Shown piece by piece: positions 7,697 to 15,487 of a stretch of 18,227 nt of DNA. The translations under genes were made by a program, and so were the position numbers. The stretch covers positions 1-18,227 of the forward strand of contig CAIYGI010000039.1 of NCBI GenBank assembly GCA_903925685.1. The letters are read 5' to 3'. The DNA is from an uncultured bacterium (GTDB lineage Bacteria; Verrucomicrobiota; Kiritimatiellia; CAIKKV01; CAIYGI01). Positions within the stretch are counted from its first letter, which is position 1. Each line of letters starts with the position of its first letter. The notes beneath the pieces are model-generated. The model worked only from the letters and a program-made list of their open reading frames with translations, made no database searches and was not told the origin of the DNA.

Positions 7697-9082
7697 ATGA
7701 ACTACTTCAGCACACGCGGCGGGGTGGAACCCATGCCGTTCGGGGAGGCGGTCATGTCGGGGCTGGCCCGCGACGGCGGGTTGCTTCTGCCGGAGACGAT
7801 TCCCGACGTCCGCGAGCGGCTCGATCGCTGGGCGGATTTGTCGTATCGGGAACTCGCATTTGAGGTCATGCGGCTTTTTGCCGACGACCTGACGGCGGAC
7901 GAATTGCGCGCGCTAGTGACGCAGAGCTACGCCGGTTTCGACGATCCAGAGGTGACGCCGGTCAAGGCGGTTGGGCCGCTCCACATCCTCGAACTGTTTC
8001 ACGGTCCGACGCTGGCTTTCAAGGATCTGGCGCTGCAATTCCTCGGACGGCTTTTCGAGACGCTGCTGGCGCGCTCGGGCTCGGAGTTGAACCTGCTGGC
8101 GGCGACCAGCGGCGACACGGGCAGCGCGGCGATCCAGGGCGTGCGCGGGCGGCGCGGCATCCGCATCTTTGTCATGCACCCGCGCGGCTGCGTGAGCCCG
8201 ATCCAGGAACGGCAGATGACGACCGTGCTGGACGACAATGTCTTCAACCTCTCCGTGGCCGGCACTTTCGACGACTGCCAGGGAATTCTTAAAACGCTTT
8301 TCAGCGACCTGTCTTTCAAGGACCGTTATGCGCTCGGATCGGTCAACTCGATCAACTGGGCGCGGGTGATGGCGCAGGTGGTCTACTATTTTTACGCCGG
8401 GCTGCGCGTGCGGCGCGCCACCGGCGCGGCGCAGGTGCAATTCGCCGTGCCGACCGGCAATTTCGGGGACATCTTCGCCGGCTGGATCGCGCGGCGCATG
8501 GGATTGCCCGTGCGGCGGCTGATCCTGGCGACCAACGAGAACGACATTCTGGCGCGCTTTTTCAACTCCGGCGTCTATGCGCGCGGCGCCGTGCATGCCA
8601 CGCTGAGTCCTTCGATGGACATCCAGGTGGCCAGCAACTTCGAACGCTATCTCTTTTACCGCGTGGGCGGCGACAGCGCGCGTTTGCGTGAACTGATGGA
8701 GGGCTTTGCCCGCGCTGGACGCTTGACGGCGCCTCTGCAGCCCGACGGCACGGTGGACGCTGGAATTGCGGCCGGGGTGGGCGATACGGCCGCCACGCGG
8801 GCGGTCATTCGCGACTACTACGAGCGCTACGGTTACCTGCTGGATCCGCACACCGCGGTCGGCGTGCATGTGGCCTCCGCCTTCCTGCGCGACGACACGC
8901 CCACCATCGCGCTGGCCACGGCGCACCCGGCCAAGTTCTCCAAGGCCGTGCATGAAGCCATCGGACGCGACCTGGCGCACCATCCCGCGCTCGATGCCTT
9001 GCTGGAACTGCCGACGCGCTGCACGCCGCTGCCGGCGGAGGCGGGCGCGGTGCGCGACTTTGTCCGCGCACACTGCCCATGA
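7697..9082 (+). CDS. thrC: Threonine synthase
   Basis: Start at ATG 7697 (MNYFSTRGG...). The PLP-lysine motif region ELFHGPTLAFKDLALQFLG closely matches the canonical ThrC motif (HGPTLAFKD). Length ~461 aa fits long-type ThrC. The upstream in-frame extension from 7394 is Arg/Ser-rich junk that overlaps the GIY-YIG gene in another frame. Confidence 0.93.
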   Translation: MNYFSTRGGVEPMPFGEAVMSGLARDGGLLLPETIPDVRERLDRWADLSYRELAFEVMRLFADDLTADELRALVTQSYAGFDDPEVTPVKAVGPLHILELFHGPTLAFKDLALQFLGRLFETLLARSGSELNLLAATSGDTGSAAIQGVRGRRGIRIFVMHPRGCVSPIQERQMTTVLDDNVFNLSVAGTFDDCQGILKTLFSDLSFKDRYALGSVNSINWARVMAQVVYYFYAGLRVRRATGAAQVQFAVPTGNFGDIFAGWIARRMGLPVRRLILATNENDILARFFNSGVYARGAVHATLSPSMDIQVASNFERYLFYRVGGDSARLRELMEGFARAGRLTAPLQPDGTVDAGIAAGVGDTAATRAVIRDYYERYGYLLDPHTAVGVHVASAFLRDDTPTIALATAHPAKFSKAVHEAIGRDLAHHPALDALLELPTRCTPLPAEAGAVRDFVRAHCP

Positions 9083-10455
9083 CGCGCGATCCGAACGACA
9101 AGTCCTGCCGCGACCTGCTGCGGCTGGCGATGCCGCTGATGCTCGGCATGAGCGGCTTCATGATCATGCAGTTCATGGATGCCATGTTCCTGGCATGGCA
9201 TTCGCCCGAGGCGCTGGCCGCGATCGGCCCGGCGGGCTTGGCGAGTTTCCTGCTGGTCTGTCTTTTTCAGGGCGTGGCGGGCTATGCCGGCACATTCGCC
9301 GCGCAGTACATCGGCGCGGGCAGGCCGCGGCGGGCCGGGGCGGCGATCTGGCAGGGAATTTATGTGGCCCTGGTATCGGCGGTTTTTGTGGCCTGCGCGG
9401 CGCAGGCCGGTCCGGCCCTGTTTTACGGCGCCGGTCATACCGGTATGCTGGCGCGCATGGAAATCGCCTTTTTTCGCATCGCCTGCTGGGGCGCCCTGCC
9501 GGGCTTGCTTGTCAGCGCGTTTTCGGGATTGTTCACGGCCACCGAGCGCACCCGTTCGCTGATGATCGTGCAGTTGGTCGGACTGGTCTGGAACGGCGTG
9601 GCGGCCTGGCTGCTGGTGCTGGGACACGGAGGCTTTCCACGTCTGGGCATTACCGGCGCCGCATTGGCCATGGTTTCGGCGCAGAGCGTGAATGCGCTGC
9701 TGCTGGCGTGGCTGTTCTTCCGCGCCCGCGAACGGCGCGACTACGGCACCTGGAGCGAGCGGCGGCTGGACTGGACGCTGTTCGGGCGTCTGCTGCGCTT
9801 TGGCGTGCCCAGCGGCGCGCGCATGGCGGTCGAGATTCTGGCCTGGACCGTCTTCATGTTTTTCGTCGGGCGGGTGGGGACCGCCGATCTGGCGGCCACG
9901 AACATTGCCTGGCGGATCAATGGCGCTTCCTTCTTTCCGCTGATCGGAATGGCCCAGGCGGTGAGCGTCTACGTCGGGCAGTGTCAGGGCCGCGGCCGGC
10001 CCGACTTGTCGCGCCGCATCGTTTACCGCGGCCTGGCAATGAGCGAGGCCTGGATGCTGATCTGCGGGGCGTTTTTTGTATTCCTGCCCGGCCCGTTGAT
10101 CAGGCTCTTTTTCGAAGCCGGCGCCATGTCCAATTCCGAGCAGGCTTCGCTTTTCGGCCTCAGCGTCATGATGCTGCGCTTTGTCGCCGCTTACAGTTTT
10201 CTGGATGCCTGCAACGTGGTCGTTCTTTCGGCGCTGCAGTCGGCCGGGGATACCCGCTGGACCTTTGCGGCCAATCTGGTCGCTTACGGCCTTTTCATCG
10301 GCGCGCTGATCTTATTCGACCGTCTGCACGCCGGAATCGTGGCGCAGTGGTGGTTGATCACGGTTTTCGTGCTGCTGGTGGCGCTGACCTGGCTGCTGCG
10401 CTTCGCTTCAGGCCGCTGGCGGAATATTCGCGTGATCGAACCGCTGGCGCCGTAG
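9079..10455 (+). CDS. MATE family efflux transporter (NorM/DinF-like)
   Basis: 458 aa. N-terminus LLRLAMPLMLGMSGFMIMQFMDAMFLAWHSPEALAAIGPAG is the classic MATE first-helix motif, with ~12 predicted TM helices and an internal repeat. Its ATG overlaps the thrC stop (ATGA at 9079-9082), which indicates translational coupling. Confidence 0.85.
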   Translation: MTRDPNDKSCRDLLRLAMPLMLGMSGFMIMQFMDAMFLAWHSPEALAAIGPAGLASFLLVCLFQGVAGYAGTFAAQYIGAGRPRRAGAAIWQGIYVALVSAVFVACAAQAGPALFYGAGHTGMLARMEIAFFRIACWGALPGLLVSAFSGLFTATERTRSLMIVQLVGLVWNGVAAWLLVLGHGGFPRLGITGAALAMVSAQSVNALLLAWLFFRARERRDYGTWSERRLDWTLFGRLLRFGVPSGARMAVEILAWTVFMFFVGRVGTADLAATNIAWRINGASFFPLIGMAQAVSVYVGQCQGRGRPDLSRRIVYRGLAMSEAWMLICGAFFVFLPGPLIRLFFEAGAMSNSEQASLFGLSVMMLRFVAAYSFLDACNVVVLSALQSAGDTRWTFAANLVAYGLFIGALILFDRLHAGIVAQWWLITVFVLLVALTWLLRFASGRWRNIRVIEPLAP

Positions 10456-10493
10456 GATAATTTCCCAGGTTGGGGGTGGAAGGTGGATGGTGG

Positions 10494-11159
10494 TCAGAAT
10501 ATCGCCGCAAGATCGGCCAGCGCGATCCCCTGGCCCGATGCCACCTCGCGAATCTGCGCGTTAAGATCGTCGACGTCGCTTTGGTATTTTCCGTACATGC
10601 CGCTGACCGGCGTCAGTGTGGCCAGCACCGGGACGGCGCCGGCGGCGCGCGCCGTCGCGACAATCTGGCTCAGATATTGAACGATGTCCGCCGGCGCGCG
10701 ATGCGATATCAGGTCGTTGATTCCGTAGAGTATGCAGATATAGCCGGGGTGATAGGTAAACAACAACGACGATACCCGCGCCGCGCCGCTTGGGGATTCC
10801 TCGCCGGGCACCCCCGAGTTCACCACCTGCTTGCCGGTCTGGGTTGCCAGAAAGGACGGATAGCCGGCCGCCGTGATGCTGTCGCCCAGGCAGACGATCG
10901 TGTTCGCGTCGCTTCCCGCGCCAGGCGTGCCGGACAGTTGGCCGGCAAAGACCGCCGCGATGTCGCTGCTGGCGGCGGCGTCGGGATGCAGTCCGTCGGG
11001 AAAGTTGTCGGCGGCGACGGTTGTGACGGTATCCGCAGGGGGTGTATTCGTGTTCGTGTCGGCGCTGGCGCCATTGCCGCCGCTCCCGCCATTGTCACAG
11101 CCGACCGCCAGGGCCAGCGCCAGCAGTCCCCCTATAATTCTAGCATCGACTCTTGCCAT
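10494..11159 (-). CDS. SGNH/GDSL hydrolase-family lipoprotein, apparently circularly permuted
   Basis: Start at the Met of MARVDARIIGG (minus strand, 11159); the ORF track extends 12 more codons. Lipobox LALAVGC|DNG and a Gly/Ser/Thr/Asn low-complexity linker. Block I is VCLGDSITAAG and block III is ILYGINDL. The block V-like motif DGLHPDAAASSDIAAVFAGQL lies N-terminal to block I. The protein ends (...GIALADLAAIF*) where canonical SGNH enzymes would continue into DGxHP. Confidence 0.8.
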   Translation of the reverse strand: MARVDARIIGGLLALALAVGCDNGGSGGNGASADTNTNTPPADTVTTVAADNFPDGLHPDAAASSDIAAVFAGQLSGTPGAGSDANTIVCLGDSITAAGYPSFLATQTGKQVVNSGVPGEESPSGAARVSSLLFTYHPGYICILYGINDLISHRAPADIVQYLSQIVATARAAGAVPVLATLTPVSGMYGKYQSDVDDLNAQIREVASGQGIALADLAAIF

Positions 11160-11257
11160 GATCGTCTCCCTGCTATTGCCGCCCGGCTGCAACAATACCG
11201 TATCAAGTCGGCATTTGCCAGCTTGACATACGGCGTTCTCTTAGGCATGACCTACAT

Positions 11258-12679
11258 GTGTTCAAGATCGTTAAATCACATCCGGGTTCCCCGATTGCGC
11301 TGGCTATCGCATTGGCGGCGATGACGACCGCGTCGGTGGCCTATCTGGGTCACGACCGCCAGGTTTCCAAATCCGCCGTGGCCTTGCGCCGATTGACCGG
11401 CACGCATGCCCGCATGGTCTGGTCCCGGCAGGTGGCGGGCGATGGCCGGGACACTGGATGCACAGGCTCAGGACTGCTTCTGATGGGGCTGGATTCCGAC
11501 GAACGCAACGGCGAGCGCGCGATCATCGGTCAGACCGGAAATTATCACAAGCCGTTGCTGACGCCGCGCGGGGACCGGGTGGTGTTCTCGGACCTTGTCA
11601 CGGGTAAAATCCGGGCGGTCAACTGGAACGGCGGCGCGCTGATGGACCTGGCCGCGGGCCGCGCCGCCGGTGTCTGGCGCGATCCGGCGGACGGCGGCGA
11701 ATGGGTCTACGCTTTGCCGCCGATGAGCGGGACGGACGAGGATGAAGGGGCGCCTCTGTTCCGGTTCCGGCTGGACAACCCTGCCGTGCGGGAGAAGATC
11801 TGGGATAAGACTCCCATGGTCCCGGACAATGTGCAACTTTCCCGCGACGGGCATTACATGGGCGGACTGTTTCCATGGCCCAAAGCCGGCCTGGTCGATC
11901 TGGCCGCCGGGACCTTCGAAGAAAAGGGGAGGGGCTGTTGGGCATCGCTGGCGCCGGACGACAGTCGGCTGCTCTGGGTCTTCGATGGCGCACATCGCAA
12001 TCTTGTGTTTCATCCCGCCGGCGGCAAGCGGAAATGGGCGGTTTGTCTTTCCGGCGCGCCGGGCATTGACGGATGGGAGGTTTATCACCCGCGTTGGGCG
12101 AATTGCGTCCGATTTTTCAGCATGACCGGTCCCTACAAAGGGGGCGAGGGGGCCAACCGGATCCGCGCCGGGGGCGCCGCTGTCGAAATTTACGCGGGGC
12201 GGTTCGCCCCCGATCTGCGCAGCGTCGAGGCCTGGTTGCGCGTGACGGACGACAAGTCGCCGGATTTCTTTCCCGATCTCTGGCTCGATCCGGCGGGCGG
12301 CGTTGCCGGGGCGCGCCTGGACTCCGAAACCGGATTGCCGGACGCCTCATCCCGGACTGCGATTGTCGTGCGGGCGCGTTTGCTGGAGACGACGGCAATT
12401 CCGGCGCTTGCCTCGATCGCTCCCTATCGCCAGGCCCTGGTCGTATACCTTTACTCCGTCGAAAAACTCGAAGCCGGCATTTATCCGCAAGGGCAATTAC
12501 TGGTGGCGCACTGGGGTATTATCGACGGAACGGTGCGCGATCCCGGCCGACGGGCGGGTCAAAGTTATACGCTCCGCCTTGAGCCCTACGCGGCGCATCC
12601 GGAACTGGAGGGCGAACGCCTGATCATGGACGTGAAAGACAAGGGGTTGCCGTTGCTTTATGACATAGGTGGCCGATAG
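11258..12679 (+). CDS. Secreted hypothetical protein with beta-propeller-like (TolB/PD40-like) repeats; first gene of the MBOAT operon
   Basis: 473 aa with an apparent GTG start at 11258; ATG 11321 is an alternative. Signal-peptide-like N-terminus (MFKIVKSHPGSPIALAIALAAMTTASVAYLG). Recurrent S(R/P)DG...(V/L)F-type strand motifs (LLTPRGDRVVFSD, VQLSRDGHYMGG, SLAPDDSRLLWVF) suggest a propeller. The stop TAG (12677-12679) overlaps the GTG start of the MBOAT gene by 1 nt. Confidence 0.65.
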   Translation: MFKIVKSHPGSPIALAIALAAMTTASVAYLGHDRQVSKSAVALRRLTGTHARMVWSRQVAGDGRDTGCTGSGLLLMGLDSDERNGERAIIGQTGNYHKPLLTPRGDRVVFSDLVTGKIRAVNWNGGALMDLAAGRAAGVWRDPADGGEWVYALPPMSGTDEDEGAPLFRFRLDNPAVREKIWDKTPMVPDNVQLSRDGHYMGGLFPWPKAGLVDLAAGTFEEKGRGCWASLAPDDSRLLWVFDGAHRNLVFHPAGGKRKWAVCLSGAPGIDGWEVYHPRWANCVRFFSMTGPYKGGEGANRIRAGGAAVEIYAGRFAPDLRSVEAWLRVTDDKSPDFFPDLWLDPAGGVAGARLDSETGLPDASSRTAIVVRARLLETTAIPALASIAPYRQALVVYLYSVEKLEAGIYPQGQLLVAHWGIIDGTVRDPGRRAGQSYTLRLEPYAAHPELEGERLIMDVKDKGLPLLYDIGGR

Positions 12680-14136
12680 TGGTATTCAGTTCGCACATTT
12701 TTCTGTTCTATTTTCTCCCGCTGGCGCTGCTGCTCTATTATGGGCTGCCGCACCACTGGCGGAATTTTGTGCTCACGCTGGTCAGTTACCTGTTTTACGG
12801 CTGGGCAAATCCGCTGTTTGTGGGGCTGCTTTTTCTGTCGACGCTGGTGGACTACGCATCCGGGCTCTTGGTTGCGGCGCCACAATCGTTTTCGCCGGGC
12901 GGCATGACCGCCCCTCTGCCGAAGGGCGTTCCACGCTCGCGCCTGCAGAAAACCGCCCTGGTCGTCAGTCTCAGTTCCAACCTGCTGCTGCTGGGATTCT
13001 TCAAATACTTCAATTTTACGATCGACAGTTTCAACGCCGTTGCCGCGGCCTTCGGCATGGGCGGCGCGGGCTTCGACACCGTTTTGAGGGTTACGCTGCC
13101 GCTGGGCATCAGTTTCTACACCTTCCAATCCATGAGTTACATCATCGATGTTTATCGCGGCGATGCGCGCGCCATCCGCAATTTCGTGGACTACGCCTGT
13201 TTTGTGTCCATGTTCCCGCAACTCGTGGCCGGCCCCATCATCCGCTTCAGCGAGGTGGCGGATCAGTTGCGGCAGCGCGTGCCGACCATGGAAAAATTCG
13301 CGCGCGGGGCGGCCTTTTTCGCGCTCGGGTTTGCCAAGAAAATCGTTCTCGCCAACCCTTGCGGGAAGATCGCCGACACGGTTTTCGCTGGCGGCCCGGG
13401 CGGATGCCTGGAATCCTGGTATGGCATCGTGGCCTACGCCTTCCAGATATATTTCGATTTCAGCGCCTATTCCGACATGGCCATCGGGCTTGGCCTGATG
13501 CTGGGGTTCATCTTTCCGAAGAATTTCGACGCGCCATACCGGGCTTGCTCGATCACGGACTTCTGGCGGCGCTGGCACATTTCCCTCTCGTCGTGGCTCA
13601 AGGACTACCTTTACGTGCCCCTCGGCGGCAATCGCCTGGGTCCGTGGCGAACCTATCGCAATCTCCTGCTTGTGATGCTGATCGGCGGTTTGTGGCACGG
13701 CGCCGCCTGGAAATTCGTGGTCTGGGGCGGGTTGCACGGCGCGCTGCTGGCGTTCGAACGTCTGCGCGGCAAGACCAGCCTCTACGGCCGGCTTCCCCGC
13801 CCGGTTCAGATGAGTCTGACTTTTACGCTCGTTTTGTTCACCTGGGTGTTTTTCAGGGCGGCGGACCTTTCGTCCGCCATCGCCTATTGCGGACGCATGC
13901 TCGGCCTGGGAACAACGCAGGAGAGCGCCGTACTGCTCCGCGGCGTGCTGTTCGAGCCTTACTATTTGGCGACCATGGCCGTCTGCGCCATTGTGGTATG
14001 GGGCATGCCCCAGACCTGGGACTGGACGCGGCGGCTGACCCCCGCGAAAATTACGGCCGCATTCGCCCTCCTGCTGATTTCCGTGCTTTTGCTGAACATG
14101 CAGGCCTACAACCCGTTCATCTACTTTATCTTCTGA
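12679..14136 (+). CDS. MBOAT family membrane-bound O-acyltransferase (AlgI/DltB/PatA-like)
   Basis: 485 aa, polytopic. Has the family hallmark FWRRWHISLSSWLKDYLYVPLGGNR plus the conserved His region LIGGLWHGAAWKFVVWGGLHG. N-terminus MVFSSHIFLFYFLPLALLLYYG is typical of AlgI/DltB. GTG start overlaps the upstream stop. Confidence 0.9.
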   Translation: MVFSSHIFLFYFLPLALLLYYGLPHHWRNFVLTLVSYLFYGWANPLFVGLLFLSTLVDYASGLLVAAPQSFSPGGMTAPLPKGVPRSRLQKTALVVSLSSNLLLLGFFKYFNFTIDSFNAVAAAFGMGGAGFDTVLRVTLPLGISFYTFQSMSYIIDVYRGDARAIRNFVDYACFVSMFPQLVAGPIIRFSEVADQLRQRVPTMEKFARGAAFFALGFAKKIVLANPCGKIADTVFAGGPGGCLESWYGIVAYAFQIYFDFSAYSDMAIGLGLMLGFIFPKNFDAPYRACSITDFWRRWHISLSSWLKDYLYVPLGGNRLGPWRTYRNLLLVMLIGGLWHGAAWKFVVWGGLHGALLAFERLRGKTSLYGRLPRPVQMSLTFTLVLFTWVFFRAADLSSAIAYCGRMLGLGTTQESAVLLRGVLFEPYYLATMAVCAIVVWGMPQTWDWTRRLTPAKITAAFALLLISVLLLNMQAYNPFIYFIF

Positions 14137-14143
14137 GGAAACC

Positions 14144-15433
14144 ATGCTGACAGACCGGTACAAACCGACACGCGAGGAGCAGGCGCGGGAGGAGATACGG
14201 CGCACCCGCGTGACGCCCGCCCTGGCGCGCATCACGGTCGGCCTTTTCCTAGCCTTCATCGGCGTTGTGCCGCTGATTCAACACCTTGACGTCTTTAACC
14301 GCCATCGCCTTGGTTTTGGCGAGCGGGTCTGGCCGGCATGTTACGGACTCGCTGCGCGCCTGCGCGCCGCGATCCAGGTCGGCGCAGATGCACCGGGTTC
14401 GTTGCCGCGGCGCGTGTTCGCCGCCAACCGGCGCCTTTTGCCGGAACTGAACAGTTACACGCTGGAGATCGAGGAAACTTCATGGCTTACGCGTCTGGCG
14501 CTGCCACCCACCCAGCTGGCCATGACCCGCTGGTTCGGAGTTGGCAACGAAAAGGTCTACCCGGGACGCGGTGGCTGGCTGTTCTACCGGCCGGATGTCG
14601 ACTTTGTGGCCGGCCCGTCTTTCCTCGGTTTGAAAGGCCGGCCCGATCCGGTCGCCTGTGTCGCGGATTTTGCCCGCCAGTTGGACGTGCGCGGCATTCG
14701 GCTGATCGTCCTGCCTGTCCCGCCCAAGGCGGCGATTTATCCCGGGCGCTTTGCGGGCTTGGACAACGGGGCGCCGCTTCACAATCCAGCCTTCCCGGAA
14801 TTCATTGGCCGGCTGCGGCAGGCGGGCGTCACGGTGCTTGACGTGGCGCCCATTCTGGAGCAGGGGAGTCGGCAGACAGGCCGCCCCCTGTATCTTGCAA
14901 CCGACACGCACTGGCGGCCCGAAGGCATGGAACTGGTTGCCCGGGAACTGGCGAAGCTCATTTCCGGCGCCGGCGTGCTTGCGACACGGCCGCCAGCAGG
15001 CTACCGGCGCCAGAAGATCACCGTGACGAGCCTCGGAGACACGGCTGCCATGCTCAAGCCGCCCGAGTCCAAGGAAACTGCCGGGCTTGAAACGGTTGCC
15101 CTGTCACAGATCCTGCTTCCGGACGGCATGCGCTGGACCAAGTCGCGGGAGGCGGAGATTCTCCTGCTGGGCGACAGTTTTGCCAATATCTATTCGCTGG
15201 CCTCGCTGGGGTGGGGTGCTTCGGCAGGCTTGGTGGAGCAACTGGCCTTTTACCTCCAGCGGCCGCTGGACAGCATCACCTTCAATGACCGGGGAGCGTA
15301 CGCCACGCGCCAGGAGCTGTCGCGTCTGATGAAGCAAAATCCAGGCTGTTTGCGCGGGAAAAAGTGCGTGGTATGGGAATTCGCGGCACGGGAACTGGCC
15401 TTTGGCGACTGGACAAGCATAGCCCTGGATTAG
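14144..15433 (+). CDS. AlgJ/AlgX-like SGNH-type O-acetyltransferase/esterase partner of MBOAT (DxHW-motif family)
   Basis: GAGGAA RBS 7 nt upstream. N-terminal single TM anchor (RITVGLFLAFIGVVPLIQHL), as in AlgJ. Motifs GRGGWLFYRPD, LATDTHWRPEG (the Asp/His of the AlgX/AlgJ triad) and a downstream ILLLGDSFANIYS (Ser) appear in the AlgX/AlgJ order. 8-nt gap after the MBOAT gene. Confidence 0.8.
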   Translation: MLTDRYKPTREEQAREEIRRTRVTPALARITVGLFLAFIGVVPLIQHLDVFNRHRLGFGERVWPACYGLAARLRAAIQVGADAPGSLPRRVFAANRRLLPELNSYTLEIEETSWLTRLALPPTQLAMTRWFGVGNEKVYPGRGGWLFYRPDVDFVAGPSFLGLKGRPDPVACVADFARQLDVRGIRLIVLPVPPKAAIYPGRFAGLDNGAPLHNPAFPEFIGRLRQAGVTVLDVAPILEQGSRQTGRPLYLATDTHWRPEGMELVARELAKLISGAGVLATRPPAGYRRQKITVTSLGDTAAMLKPPESKETAGLETVALSQILLPDGMRWTKSREAEILLLGDSFANIYSLASLGWGASAGLVEQLAFYLQRPLDSITFNDRGAYATRQELSRLMKQNPGCLRGKKCVVWEFAARELAFGDWTSIALD

Positions 15434-15436
15434 TTT

Positions 15437-15462
15437 AAAATCGCTTGCCATTGCGGGTTTTT
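15437..15462 (+). terminator. Weak candidate intrinsic terminator after the acylation operon
   Basis: aaaatcgc-ttgccatt-gcgggttttt can form an ~8-bp stem (including A-U and G.U pairs) with a T-run, 4 nt after stop TAG 15431-15433. The stem is GC-poor, so this is speculative. Confidence 0.2.
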
Positions 15463-15487
15463 GGGCATATTATTCCCTTTTCCCACC

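Noticed and set aside
7913-10460. 386-aa minus ORF (7913..9073), 564-aa plus ORF (8766..10460) and 264-aa minus ORF (8833..9627) overlapping thrC/MATE
   Set aside because: They are antisense or alternate frame to two well-supported genes, with Arg/Gly-rich composition and no motifs.
12658-14259. 533-aa minus ORF and 493-aa plus ORF (12669..14150) overlapping the MBOAT gene
   Set aside because: The MBOAT frame carries unmistakable family motifs and hydrophobic helices. The alternatives are Arg/Pro/Gly-rich.
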